NCBI GenBank assembly: GCA_001787405.1
Contig: MFWV01000003.1
Coordinates: 64,790 to 128,789 of the forward strand
DNA from: Candidatus Pacebacteria bacterium RIFOXYA1_FULL_38_18
GTDB lineage: Bacteria > Patescibacteriota > Microgenomatia > UBA1400 > PJMF01
Direction of reading: 5' to 3'
DNA length: 64,000 nucleotides
Position 1 is the first letter of the stretch. Every line of letters starts with the position of its first letter. A program made the translations under genes and the position numbers. The notes under the pieces were generated by a model. The model saw nothing but the letters and a program-made list of their open reading frames with translations, was not told where the DNA came from and ran no database searches. Below are positions 40,095 through 49,849 of the stretch, one piece after another.

Positions 40095-41273
40095 ATGTCC
40101 TATCAATTCAATAGGCGTGGGCGTTCATTTCGTCCTCGTCATCAGTCAAATAACCGCAGACCTCAGCGATCTAGTATTCCGCGATCTCATTATGTGAGTA
40201 CGCCAGTAGCTCCTATTCAGGAAGAAGCTTATTTGGCAGTCAATACTTTTGCAGACTTTGGTTTGCACGAGCAATTACTGGCAAATGTTATGCGTCGAGG
40301 TTATAGCAAGCCAACTCCTATTCAAGATCAAGCCATTCCGGTTTTGATGAGTGGTAAGGATGTGGTGGGAATTGCCAATACCGGTACTGGTAAAACGGCA
40401 GCTTTTTTATTGCCGTTGATTGATAAATTATTGAAAGATCCCAATCAGGGAGTCTTGATTTTGGCTCCTACTCGCGAACTAGCTTTGCAAATTCAAGAAG
40501 AACTAAAAGCCTTTTTGATTGATTTACCTTTGGGTACCGCTTTGTGTATCGGAGGCATGAATATTAATAGACAAATTTTACGTCTCAAAGATAAGCCTCA
40601 TTTTGTGATTGGTACTCCTGGCAGAGTCAAAGATCTTATCAATCGTCATAAATTCAAAACTGCTCTTTTTACCAATATTGTCTTGGATGAAGTGGATAGA
40701 ATGCTGGACATTGGTTTTCGTCACGATATTTTATTTTTGATTTCCAAACTGCCACCTCAACGTCATGCAGCACTATTTAGTGCCACGATGGATAGAGGCG
40801 CTGAAGCAATCATGAAGCAATTCTTGAAGGATCCAGTCACGATCAGTGTCAAAAAAAGAGAATCCGCTTTGCAGATTTATCAAGATATTGTGACTATTAA
40901 ACCAGGAGAAAATAAAGTAGATGTACTTTGTAAACTCTTGTTCCAAAAAGAATTCAACAAAGTAATTGTTTTTGGCAGGACCAAGCGAGGAATTAATAAA
41001 CTGGAAAAACAACTCTATGATCGTCGGCTCAATGTGAGCGCCATTCATGGTAATAAAACTCAGAGCGCCAGAAAACGTTCACTTTTAGACTTCAAACAAG
41101 GTAGGGTGCAAGCCTTACTGGCTACTGATGTGGTAGCTAGGGGCATTGACGTGGATGATGTTTCTCACGTCATCAATTTTGACGAGCCTCTGACTTATGA
41201 GGATTATATTCATCGTATTGGTAGAACTGGTCGAGCTGGCAAGGTTGGCAAAGCTCTAACTTTTATTTCGTAA
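40095..41273 (+). CDS. DEAD-box RNA helicase
   Basis: Q-motif PTPIQ, NTGTGKT, PTRELA, DEVD, SAT, HRIGRTGRAG; start taken at ATG 40095. Confidence 0.95.
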   Translation: MSYQFNRRGRSFRPRHQSNNRRPQRSSIPRSHYVSTPVAPIQEEAYLAVNTFADFGLHEQLLANVMRRGYSKPTPIQDQAIPVLMSGKDVVGIANTGTGKTAAFLLPLIDKLLKDPNQGVLILAPTRELALQIQEELKAFLIDLPLGTALCIGGMNINRQILRLKDKPHFVIGTPGRVKDLINRHKFKTALFTNIVLDEVDRMLDIGFRHDILFLISKLPPQRHAALFSATMDRGAEAIMKQFLKDPVTISVKKRESALQIYQDIVTIKPGENKVDVLCKLLFQKEFNKVIVFGRTKRGINKLEKQLYDRRLNVSAIHGNKTQSARKRSLLDFKQGRVQALLATDVVARGIDVDDVSHVINFDEPLTYEDYIHRIGRTGRAGKVGKALTFIS

Positions 41274-41277
41274 TCAA

Positions 41278-41937
41278 TTATTGGTGAGCTTGGAGTGTCT
41301 GCATAATTTCTGGCCAGGTTTTTGCTGCTGGATGATCAGGAGTGATAGGTCCTCGGAAAAGCAGGGCAGAGATTAGCGGATTGCTGAGAGCGAATATTGC
41401 CTCAAAAAGTTTGAGACTATCATCAATCATCACGACTGGTTTGTTTTTCTCTTGTGCTATTTTTTCCAACTCTCCTATTTTCCAAGCAACTGTCTCTGCA
41501 AGCGGAACGCTTTTGGGTCTGGCAATTACTTCTCTTGCGGGAAAACCATTCTTGATTAATTCCTTACGACTCAACTCAGTTAAAGTCTCTGGTCTGGTAG
41601 TCAAATATCCATGTAAAGCAGCCTCAAAACTAGCTATAGCTTCTCTAGCTCCTGGCATGAGTGGAAGTCCTGAATTAAATTCTGGACTATTTCTCATGGC
41701 TCCATTGGCCTCTTGGTACCAGGGAAAACGCTGATAAGCTTGATGAGTGCCTCCCACGGCTAATACTTCTGGGAGGGTGGGTATCTCAATTTCTCCCTTT
41801 TTTTCTGCTAGTTGTGTTAACTGTCTTTGATGTTCTTCTATGGAATTAAAGATCACTTCATCAAGATCAGATACGACGAGAAAATCAGGTTCTTCGGTTG
41901 GTTGTACAGATGGTAATTTTTCTATATTTCCAGGCAT
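41278..41937 (-). CDS. HAD-superfamily protein (5'(3')-nucleotidase-like)
   Basis: SDLDEV motif I, LTTRP, K, MIDDS motif IV. Confidence 0.7.
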   Translation of the reverse strand: MPGNIEKLPSVQPTEEPDFLVVSDLDEVIFNSIEEHQRQLTQLAEKKGEIEIPTLPEVLAVGGTHQAYQRFPWYQEANGAMRNSPEFNSGLPLMPGAREAIASFEAALHGYLTTRPETLTELSRKELIKNGFPAREVIARPKSVPLAETVAWKIGELEKIAQEKNKPVVMIDDSLKLFEAIFALSNPLISALLFRGPITPDHPAAKTWPEIMQTLQAHQ

Positions 41938-42109
41938 TTTATTAAACTAAAACTTAATGACGAGATACTATCAGTAAATTACCCGAAGATCAAGCAAATT
42001 GAGAACTGATTGAGTTTTGCTCAATCTTGGCTTTTTTGAACAAATTTTTGATTTTGGGAAGATTTATGAGATTTACAGAGTCGCTTTTTACTGGTTATAA
42101 TCAGTCCTA

Positions 42110-43168
42110 GTGTCGTTAAATTTTTATCAAGCTTTGGGAAAAACCGAGACCTGGCCGAACCTCAGTCAAGTGAGTCCTGCTAGTCTTACTTATGATGATG
42201 TTTTGCTAGTTCCGCAGACTCTCACAGAAGTTTCTTCTAGAAAAAAAACCGATGTTTCCGTCAAGTTTGGTCCTTTTGTTTTGAAAAAACCTATTGTAGC
42301 GTCTCCCATGGACACCGTCAGTGGTGAGCGAATGGCGCGCTTGATGTACAAATTGGGTGGTTTGGCTTTTATGCCCAGAGTTTTTATTAATGAGGCTTTG
42401 ACAGCTTGCCGGCGTTTGCAAAAAGACAAAGTTGAGGCAGTTTATTCCATTGGTTTGAAAAATGCTGCGGCAGATGCCACTCAATTCAAGAAATTGGGAA
42501 TTAAGGTCTTATTACTGGATGTAGCTCACGGTGGCATGAAAAATGTGGTAGAAACAGCAGCAGAGATTCAAGCCAAACTAAAGCTAACCGTGATTGCTGG
42601 TAATATTGTCAGTTTTGATCAGGCCATGTCCTATAAAAAAGCTGGTCTGAAAATTGCCAGAGTAGGAGTGGGTGGTGGTGGTTTGTGTACTACTCGACTG
42701 GTGGCTGGAACTGGCTTTCCCCAACTGTCAGCAGTTTTTGAAACAGTTTCCTCTGGATTGGAAATTATTGCTGATGGAGGAATTCGCAAACCAGCTGATT
42801 TTAGTAAAGCTATCGCAGCGGGAGCTAGAGTGATCATGATTGGTTCCATGTTGGCAGGCACCGAAGAAGCTCCTGGAGAGGTAGAGGGCGGATTCAAAAA
42901 AGCGCGCGGTCAAGCTTCCGAGGATTACATGAAAGATAATGGTTCTAAGTTGGGTGAGTTTCGCAGTGCTGAAGGTATTACGACGATGGTGCCATATAAA
43001 GGCTCGGCTGAGTGGATTATTAATGATTTGATAGGTGGTTTGCGCAGTGCCATGTCCTATGTGGGAGCCAAAAATATTGCTGATTTTCAGAAAAATGCTC
43101 AATTTGCGATGGCCTCACCGGCAGCTCAGGGGGAGAATGTGGCTCACATCATTTATAACAAAAAATAA
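42110..43168 (+). CDS. IMP dehydrogenase/GMP reductase family, no CBS domains
   Basis: LTYDDVLLVP, SPMDTV, DVAHG, GVGGGGLCTTR, IIADGG, GGLRSAMSYVGA. Confidence 0.9.
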   Translation: MSLNFYQALGKTETWPNLSQVSPASLTYDDVLLVPQTLTEVSSRKKTDVSVKFGPFVLKKPIVASPMDTVSGERMARLMYKLGGLAFMPRVFINEALTACRRLQKDKVEAVYSIGLKNAAADATQFKKLGIKVLLLDVAHGGMKNVVETAAEIQAKLKLTVIAGNIVSFDQAMSYKKAGLKIARVGVGGGGLCTTRLVAGTGFPQLSAVFETVSSGLEIIADGGIRKPADFSKAIAAGARVIMIGSMLAGTEEAPGEVEGGFKKARGQASEDYMKDNGSKLGEFRSAEGITTMVPYKGSAEWIINDLIGGLRSAMSYVGAKNIADFQKNAQFAMASPAAQGENVAHIIYNKK

Positions 43169-43239
43169 ATTGCTGTGATTTAAAAAACCTGGAAATTAAT
43201 TAGGAAATTAATTAATTATTAACTATTTAATTAATTATT

Positions 43240-43626
43240 TTAAAGATGATCTTCTTCATCCATTTCAGCATCTTTTTTGGTTTGGTGAATGGTGCCATCT
43301 TTATGATGGGGTGGTGCATAAATGGTATAAAGTTTGAGTGGTCTTTCAGCCGAAGTATTGATGATGTTGTGTTCAGCGCCAGCGGGAATGATGATAACGT
43401 CGTCGTCCGTAATTGATTGTGTCTCACCATTAATGATTACTTTACCCTCGCCAGCTTCAACTCGGAAAAACTGATCAGTAGTTTGATGAGTTTCCAAACT
43501 AATCTCTTCATTTGGTAGTAATGACATCAGAACCAATTGCAGGTGCTGACCGGTAAAAAGTACTTGTCTGAAGTTTGGGTTGGCCAGGGTGGCTTTTTTG
43601 ATATTGGTTAAATAACCGATTTTCAT
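43240..43626 (-). CDS. cupin domain protein
   Basis: ETH...DQFFRVEAGEG, IPAGAEHNIIN, LYTIYAPPHH. Confidence 0.9.
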   Translation of the reverse strand: MKIGYLTNIKKATLANPNFRQVLFTGQHLQLVLMSLLPNEEISLETHQTTDQFFRVEAGEGKVIINGETQSITDDDVIIIPAGAEHNIINTSAERPLKLYTIYAPPHHKDGTIHQTKKDAEMDEEDHL

Positions 43627-43736
43627 ATTTTCTCCTTAATTTAAACTAATGTTAATGATGCTTTAAAATAGCAACGAATGGGGAGTGTCATCAGTCAATG
43701 CCATTGTAGCAAACTGTTAACTGCCATTCAAATAAG

Positions 43737-43773
43737 TTGCCAACTTGGCAAGTGAAAAACGGTAGGGTATGAT
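43737..43773 (+). promoter_or_regulatory. promoter with a palindrome over the -35
   Basis: TTGCCAA-C-TTGGCAA palindrome; TTGGCA, 17 nt, TATGAT, ATG 6 nt later. Confidence 0.5.
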
Positions 43774-43779
43774 GTTGCT

Positions 43780-44601
43780 ATGAAGATGCGTCTGAAAATT
43801 CGTTGGTGGTTGGTTGCTAGTATCTTCCTTTTTTTCGTCATTAGTTTTTTGGTTGGGCTATTTTTTTCTATTCAACTAGATAAAAATACAAATCGGTTGT
43901 TGACTATCGTCAATTGTCAGCAAGCTGATTTAGTCAAAGATGTGAAGTATTTTTTGATGACTTGGAGTAAAAGTATAGAACAATATGGTTATTTATTGAC
44001 GTCTCCCTGTGATGATCAAATAATTAGAATTATTGACGATGACCCCCGTTTTACGACTTATGGTGTGGTTACTCTTGATGGAAATGTAGTTTGCACCAAA
44101 AATCAGCAAGAAACGAATGTTAGTCTTGGTGATAGGTCATATATTCAACAAGCTATTGCTACCAAGCAGCTTTCCATGAGTGGTTTCCAAATAGGTCGTT
44201 TTACTGGCAAAGGTGTGGTGGCATATGCTTATCCGGTTTTTGATAATCAGGGGAATGTAATAAAAGTAGTATTTTTGGGAGTTGATTTGAAGTGGATGAA
44301 TGATTTTTTTGAAAAACTCGATTTACCGAAAGATTCTGAGCTAATTCTCAGTGATCCGCAGGGTGTAATTGAGGTTTATTATCCAGAAACAAATGAATTA
44401 ATTGGTGAACAAATGTTTAACTCAAAAATTTTTAGTATTGTTTTAGCTCAGCAAGAGGGAAAATTAAGAACCAAAGGAATTGATGGAACTAGAAGAAAAT
44501 ATATTTATGGTCCGATTTACCTAAATGATGATGAAACGGTTGACGCATTTTTATTATTTGGTCTGCCTCGTTGGCCAGATGTTGATTATAATCTTTTTTA
44601 G
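43780..44601 (+). CDS. single-TM dCache sensor domain with no output domain
   Basis: DGNVVC...DRSYIQQA...IGRFTGK...AYPV...GVDLKW...SDPQG...GIDG pattern; ends where TM2 would begin. Confidence 0.7.
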   Translation: MKMRLKIRWWLVASIFLFFVISFLVGLFFSIQLDKNTNRLLTIVNCQQADLVKDVKYFLMTWSKSIEQYGYLLTSPCDDQIIRIIDDDPRFTTYGVVTLDGNVVCTKNQQETNVSLGDRSYIQQAIATKQLSMSGFQIGRFTGKGVVAYAYPVFDNQGNVIKVVFLGVDLKWMNDFFEKLDLPKDSELILSDPQGVIEVYYPETNELIGEQMFNSKIFSIVLAQQEGKLRTKGIDGTRRKYIYGPIYLNDDETVDAFLLFGLPRWPDVDYNLF

Positions 44602-44603
44602 AA

Positions 44604-45677
44604 TTAGTTCGGTTCGAAAACTCTAGTAACTGAGTTCAAAATCTCCAAGATAAATTGATCGGTTATACCAACAAAATAAACTAAAGTTTTTCCAGCATTT
44701 TGTATTTTATTATCAACTGTGTTTTGTTCAATTTCGGTGGTTTGTTCACCCAGTACCTTGGTTTTACTAGAAAAATCTAACTTGGGACCAGTGCCAGTTT
44801 CTGATTCTTCTTTTAGATTTGTGGTTTCTTTAGTATTAATTTTTTCTGTGCTGGGAATAAATTGTGAAATTTCGTCGTCATTTTTTATTTTCTCTGGAAG
44901 AATAAGGTAGCCTATGGCATTTAATTCCTTAAGCACATTAGTGCCACGTCCGTCATTAGCCAAAATCAATGAACTGGATAAGAATCTAACTTCAACAGTG
45001 CCTGGTTTTTGAGTTTGAAAATAAACAGTGGCAAATTTGCCTACTGGTCCTTCAAAACCAGGATTGGGCAAACCACCGCTCAGACGAACGAAACCAAGAG
45101 TGTTATTAATTTCCTCTTGAATGAAGATAGTAGCAAATGAATTTAGTTTGGAAATTTCTATCACCTGTAAAAATTGAGGATCAAAAGCAAGGTCTATTTG
45201 CATGGCATTAATCGGAGTTTCAATACCAGCTACTTCTAAATTGAGCGGGAAAATTTCTCCTAGTAAATACTGTTTCTCTGTGGGGATAAGGATAGTAGCA
45301 GTTTTGGGGGTGATGGGAAAGCCAAAACTACGCAAGGCTTTTATTTCTAAAAAAATTAAACCAACAGAACCCAAAGCAAGAATAAGCAGAATTATACTAT
45401 TCAAAATAACAGATCTAAAGTTACGAGGAAAGGGACGTTGGTTTTTTTCAACTCTTTTTTTACATAATTCGCAATATTCACCCTGTTTACAAGTTTGACA
45501 AGCAAAACAAATTACTGAGCTTGGCGAAACAAGCCAAATTAAAGGATAACCGAAGGCAATAAAAAGACCAGCTAGAGCAAAGAGATGAATTCCTAACCAG
45601 GCAAAAATTACAAAAGTTATTACATTCAAAACAATTCGTATTTTTTTAGAAACGCTAATAAATTTTATTTTTGGCAT
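44604..45677 (-). CDS. membrane protein with cohesin-like domain
   Basis: TMs flanking CxxCxxC...C.xC; PINAMQIDLAFD...GGLPNPGF...ILANDGRGTNV cohesin-like beta-sandwich. Confidence 0.7.
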   Translation of the reverse strand: MPKIKFISVSKKIRIVLNVITFVIFAWLGIHLFALAGLFIAFGYPLIWLVSPSSVICFACQTCKQGEYCELCKKRVEKNQRPFPRNFRSVILNSIILLILALGSVGLIFLEIKALRSFGFPITPKTATILIPTEKQYLLGEIFPLNLEVAGIETPINAMQIDLAFDPQFLQVIEISKLNSFATIFIQEEINNTLGFVRLSGGLPNPGFEGPVGKFATVYFQTQKPGTVEVRFLSSSLILANDGRGTNVLKELNAIGYLILPEKIKNDDEISQFIPSTEKINTKETTNLKEESETGTGPKLDFSSKTKVLGEQTTEIEQNTVDNKIQNAGKTLVYFVGITDQFILEILNSVTRVFEPN

Positions 45678-45683
45678 TACTAC

Positions 45684-46304
45684 TTACAATATATGGTATA
45701 ACAACACTGACAAATCTACTAGATCACACTCTTGGTCTTGATTTACATCGCATTTTAGTGGTTCTAATACCACTCGATCAGTCGACAGATTGGTGACAAA
45801 ATTAACCCATTCACCAATCCAAACGTCGATTATAGAATTTAGTTCTTCTTGAGTAATTTTTCCGTCGTGATTAGTATCAAAAATAGCTATTGGAGTGGGT
45901 AATAGCGGTACAGCAGTTACTCTTTCTTGAGTAATTTCTACTGTGGGGATGACTGCAAGTGTGGAAGTAATGGCAGTCAATTCATGATTGGTAGTTGGGG
46001 TAGGTGTGGGAGTGGGTGTGGGAGTGGGTGTGGGAGCAGGTGTGGGAGTCGGTGTGGGAGTAGGCGCTGTTCCATAACAGCCTAGTTCATCGAATTCGCA
46101 GGCAATATCACAGCTCAAGTCTCCAGCGAAATATCCTAGGGAGCGACAAGTTTGGTCTCTGAGATCCAGATTATCGCATTCTTCGCTTCCTTCAGCTACC
46201 AAATCTCCACAAACACTAAGTCTGACGGTGGCAGTCACATCTTGTGAGACCGCTGAGGCCGACCTAACAGTCAACAGCAGAAATAAGGCAGCTAAAACTA
46301 TCAT
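45684..46304 (-). CDS. secreted protein: Cys-rich repeat, PT linker, dockerin-like C-terminus
   Basis: CGD....SEECD...C...C...C; (PT)n at ~45995-46065; DTNHDGKIT and CDVNQDQECDLVDLSVLL Ca-binding loops. Confidence 0.7.
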   Translation of the reverse strand: MIVLAALFLLLTVRSASAVSQDVTATVRLSVCGDLVAEGSEECDNLDLRDQTCRSLGYFAGDLSCDIACEFDELGCYGTAPTPTPTPTPAPTPTPTPTPTPTPTTNHELTAITSTLAVIPTVEITQERVTAVPLLPTPIAIFDTNHDGKITQEELNSIIDVWIGEWVNFVTNLSTDRVVLEPLKCDVNQDQECDLVDLSVLLYHIL

Positions 46305-46948
46305 TCTTCATCGTTTTTTTTATCGGTTGTAAAAGTATTCTTTTTTGTTCTTTTTTTCAAACTAATGTCTAGACTGATGAAGTTGCGAACTATTTTGATT
46401 ATTATCAGAAAAGAAAATGTGCCGGTAATGATTTGAGGAATTGGTTGGTATTTGTTCCAAAGTGACAACGCACGATAATAAAATCCCTCCCAGGTGTTGG
46501 CTGGAGCAATGGTGAAATATAATTTACTGGCAGCAGCCACACCAATGGAAGCGCCACTGGGATTATTTGAAGTAGCTATTGGCCGTGCCTCCAAAAAAGC
46601 AAAATAATCACCTGGCACAGTTTTGACTGGTAGAGTCAGAGTCACCTCTACAATTTTTCCCTCGCCTGGTTCTAGACTAAATTTTTCAGGCTTATAAGTA
46701 AACCAGTCTACGTTTGGTCGCATTTCTGATTGATTTTCACGAAAAGAAACATCGAGAATATATTCACCAGCTTCGTCACCAGTATTAATGACTGAAATAG
46801 AAGGCAATTGATAAAGAATACCAGGCTTCAATTCTTCTTCAAGTTGAATTCTGCCGGTACCCACACCTACGCCTATAGAAGCTTGAGCTGAAGGCGTAAA
46901 CAAAAGAGCTAAACTCAAAAAAGAAAATAAAAAAAGTCTAAACCTCAT
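46301..46948 (-). CDS. DUF916-like/chaperone-like Ig-fold protein with C-terminal TM
   Basis: Signal peptide, VINTGD...WFTY...FSLEPGE...PGDYFAFL, then TM and basic tail. Confidence 0.6.
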   Translation of the reverse strand: MRFRLFLFSFLSLALLFTPSAQASIGVGVGTGRIQLEEELKPGILYQLPSISVINTGDEAGEYILDVSFRENQSEMRPNVDWFTYKPEKFSLEPGEGKIVEVTLTLPVKTVPGDYFAFLEARPIATSNNPSGASIGVAAASKLYFTIAPANTWEGFYYRALSLWNKYQPIPQIITGTFSFLIIIKIVRNFISLDISLKKRTKKNTFTTDKKNDEE

Positions 46949-47019
46949 GATCTCGACTTTATCACTTGATAATTGTAAACGCAAGTTACCTTTGCGAATT
47001 AAAACTTCTAAACTTCTAA

Positions 47020-47544
47020 TTAAGAGGCTGATGCTAAAACAGTAACGGTTAATGATTCTTCTGCTGTAACGACAGTGGCTGTCGGAGACAAGAATTGTAA
47101 ATCAAAAACTTGAGTACCGCTTTCTGTCACAGAAGTGGCCAAGGCCTGGTAGCTAGCAGTCAGGGCGGTCCAGGTGGGAGAAGTGTCGCAATCTGTAATA
47201 CAAAATTTATGAGCAAACGTTTCCGATCCTGCTGTGCTAGACAGTGTCCAATTGCTTGAATCCTGAGCTTTAATATCAAAATCTTCAGTGACATTGCCAT
47301 TATTAGTGGTAGTTTGACTATCATTAACTCCATTGGTAGTAGTGTCTGTACTACTACTAGTGTTAATAGTGCCATAAGTTACGGAACCGTCTGTAACTGT
47401 CAAAGAAATGCTAGCAATAGTCACGGTAGCAGTGACATCAGCAGATGCGGCAGCATAAGCTAGTGGTGAAAAAACCAAGGTAGTTGCAATCAAACTAACA
47501 ATGACTTCTGTTGGGGAAATCCCAAGCAAGCGACCTAACCTCAT
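47020..47544 (-). CDS. small secreted Thr/Ser-rich WxL-like/fibre subunit
   Basis: Signal peptide, VTATV...SLTVTDGSVTYG...NNGNV...WTL...TVTVLAS; GGAGGAG SD. Confidence 0.6.
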   Translation of the reverse strand: MRLGRLLGISPTEVIVSLIATTLVFSPLAYAAASADVTATVTIASISLTVTDGSVTYGTINTSSSTDTTTNGVNDSQTTTNNGNVTEDFDIKAQDSSNWTLSSTAGSETFAHKFCITDCDTSPTWTALTASYQALATSVTESGTQVFDLQFLSPTATVVTAEESLTVTVLASAS

Positions 47545-47665
47545 AGCTCCTCCTTTTTATCGCTAATGTACAAAAATATACTCACTTTAAAGGATATCAA
47601 GTAAAAAAAATCAATGCAATATGATTAAATATATCAAATTAAATAAAAAAAACGATGAAATTGAG

Positions 47666-48664
47666 CTATGGTGATGAGGCAACAATGGTAATTGTGGCGC
47701 TGTGTTGTGAAAGCGATGAAGAGCCAGTGGGAGTTGTTAATCTGAGCGACAGATTACGAGTGGCACTCTGAGCTACATTAGTGTCAAAAGTGTAGTTAGT
47801 GTCAGCAGCAGCAAAAGTAGTCCAGCCAGTACCATCATTGTTAGAAAACTCCCAAAAAACCTGATCACTACCGTTAGCTAATGAACCCAAAACCCAGGTA
47901 TTACTACCATCAGAAAAAGTAGTAGATCTGACATCAAGGTTAGCTGGCCCAGTGTCTACAGAAATGGTTTCTGGATGATTGAGACCAGTACTAGTAGTAT
48001 CTCTAGTGGTGTTTTCTGCCTGATAGCCAAATCCCACTATGCCGTCCGTAGTGAGAGAAATACTCACTGCCACTGGGACCGAATAAGTGATGTCAGCATA
48101 AACAGCACTAACTTTGATGGTAGAAGTAGCTCCTCCTCCACTTTTGGAAGCAGTTAATCTGACAGTTAATGAATCTAGTTGGGCCTGAGTAAGCGATAAG
48201 CCACTAAAAGTAACAGAATCCCAAGTATCTGTGGTTCTTTTTGGAAGAGCAGTAGCATCAGACCTAGTGGTTGTTTCATCATCATCATAAAGCTGAACAG
48301 CAACTAAGCCGTTGCTAACATCATTGTGGTACACCCAAACTATTACCTGACTAACACTGCCGACATTAATTAATGATGACATCCTAAAATTAATACTGGC
48401 GGCGACGTTGGCGACACCAGAAATATAATCGGTGGTGGTGGGCGAAGTAGGTTGCCTGATTGCTTCATCAACAGTGGTATAAAAAGTACCAGTAGGGGTG
48501 GCTGACCAGGATCCAGTAGCTCCATCTCCATTGGGATCAATAAAGCCACTATCAGCATTTGCAAAGGGAATTCTTATGATCCAGTTAACCGGCCAGCAAG
48601 GGAAAATGGCCATTCCCCACACAGCCAAGGTGAGCAAAATAAGATTTTTAGTTTTACCTGACAT
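47666..48664 (-). CDS. large secreted protein whose C-terminal domain parallels the small subunit
   Basis: SISLTTDGIVGFG...TRDTT..G...WVL...WTTF...LTTPT...TITIVAS aligns by eye with 47020-47544. Confidence 0.65.
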   Translation of the reverse strand: MSGKTKNLILLTLAVWGMAIFPCWPVNWIIRIPFANADSGFIDPNGDGATGSWSATPTGTFYTTVDEAIRQPTSPTTTDYISGVANVAASINFRMSSLINVGSVSQVIVWVYHNDVSNGLVAVQLYDDDETTTRSDATALPKRTTDTWDSVTFSGLSLTQAQLDSLTVRLTASKSGGGATSTIKVSAVYADITYSVPVAVSISLTTDGIVGFGYQAENTTRDTTSTGLNHPETISVDTGPANLDVRSTTFSDGSNTWVLGSLANGSDQVFWEFSNNDGTGWTTFAAADTNYTFDTNVAQSATRNLSLRLTTPTGSSSLSQHSATITIVASSP

Positions 48665-48771
48665 TTGATAAGATAATTACTTTTTATACTGTACTGAAAG
48701 AAGAGGGGTCTTGACAAGAGGATGTGATTTTCTTCATTGGAACCAAGATAGCAGGTGCTATACTTTTTAAC

Positions 48772-49761
48772 ATGGCTATCAAATATGTGGCAGATACTGA
48801 TCTAAATTGGCAGAGAAAAGGCAGTGGAAAAGGTTTCCATTATCTAAATAAAAATGGCCAACCGTTGCGGACAGCAATCAAGCGAATCGAGAAGTTGGCT
48901 ATTCCTCCAGCTTGGACGGCAGTCAGAATTTGCCCTGATGAGAAGGGACATATTCAGGCAGTTGGTTTGGATGCAAAAGGTCGCAAACAATATATTTATC
49001 ATCCTGATTGGGTGGCTCATAACCAAAAACATAAATTTGATCAAATGGTCCGTTTTGGTGAGATTTTACCTACCCTGCGCCAAACGGTTGCCGGTCACAT
49101 GCGTCAGCGCCAGTTGAATAAACAGCGTATCTTGGCCACAGTGGTTTGGTTACTAGAACATACTTTCATTAGAGTAGGGAACAAGACTTATGAGAAAGAA
49201 AATCAGTCTTATGGTTTGACTACACTGCGCAATAAACATGTGGCCGTGCGTGGTGACAAAATTAAGTTTAGTTTCAAAGGCAAAAGCGGAGTTTATCACG
49301 AGTTGGACATTAGTCACCCACGAGTAGCGCAAACCATCAAAGAATGTATTGAGCTACCCGGTTATGAAATTTTTCAATATTTGGACGAAGAGCAACAACG
49401 TCAGCGAGTGGATTCCAGAGATGTAAATGAATATCTCCAAGAATTGACAGGCGAAGCTCTGTCGGCCAAAGATTTCCGAACTTGGGGAGGCACCACTCTG
49501 GCTGGCGACTTATTTTATTCATTGGATCAAGAAAATCGGGAAAAAGAAGCACAGCAAGTGATAAGTGAAGTAGTGGAGCAGGTGGCGGATCACTTGGGCA
49601 ATACCACCCAGGTTTGTCGTAAATATTATATTCACCCCAAAATCATTACTAGTTATGAAACAGGCAAGTTACAACCTCATTTCAAAAAAGTTTATGCTCG
49701 TCGCAAACCAAATGGTTTGTCACTGAGTGAAAAAGCGACTTGGTTGTTATTGACCAATTAA
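48772..49761 (+). CDS. DNA topoisomerase IB (bacterial/poxvirus type)
   Basis: IPPAW, GRKQYIYH, IRVGN, FKGKSG, KDFRTW, HLGNT..VCRKYYIHP; start taken at ATG 48772. Confidence 0.93.
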   Translation: MAIKYVADTDLNWQRKGSGKGFHYLNKNGQPLRTAIKRIEKLAIPPAWTAVRICPDEKGHIQAVGLDAKGRKQYIYHPDWVAHNQKHKFDQMVRFGEILPTLRQTVAGHMRQRQLNKQRILATVVWLLEHTFIRVGNKTYEKENQSYGLTTLRNKHVAVRGDKIKFSFKGKSGVYHELDISHPRVAQTIKECIELPGYEIFQYLDEEQQRQRVDSRDVNEYLQELTGEALSAKDFRTWGGTTLAGDLFYSLDQENREKEAQQVISEVVEQVADHLGNTTQVCRKYYIHPKIITSYETGKLQPHFKKVYARRKPNGLSLSEKATWLLLTN

Positions 49762-49849
49762 AATCTCACTCGTTTATTGTGAAGTTAAAACTTCACCTGT
49801 TTACCTCAAAATTTGCTTTTTCTACCAAAAAATCTATACTGAAGGCATT

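Noticed and set aside
45995-46065. GT-rich short tandem repeat
   Set aside because: Simply encodes the Pro-Thr linker of the dockerin-like protein
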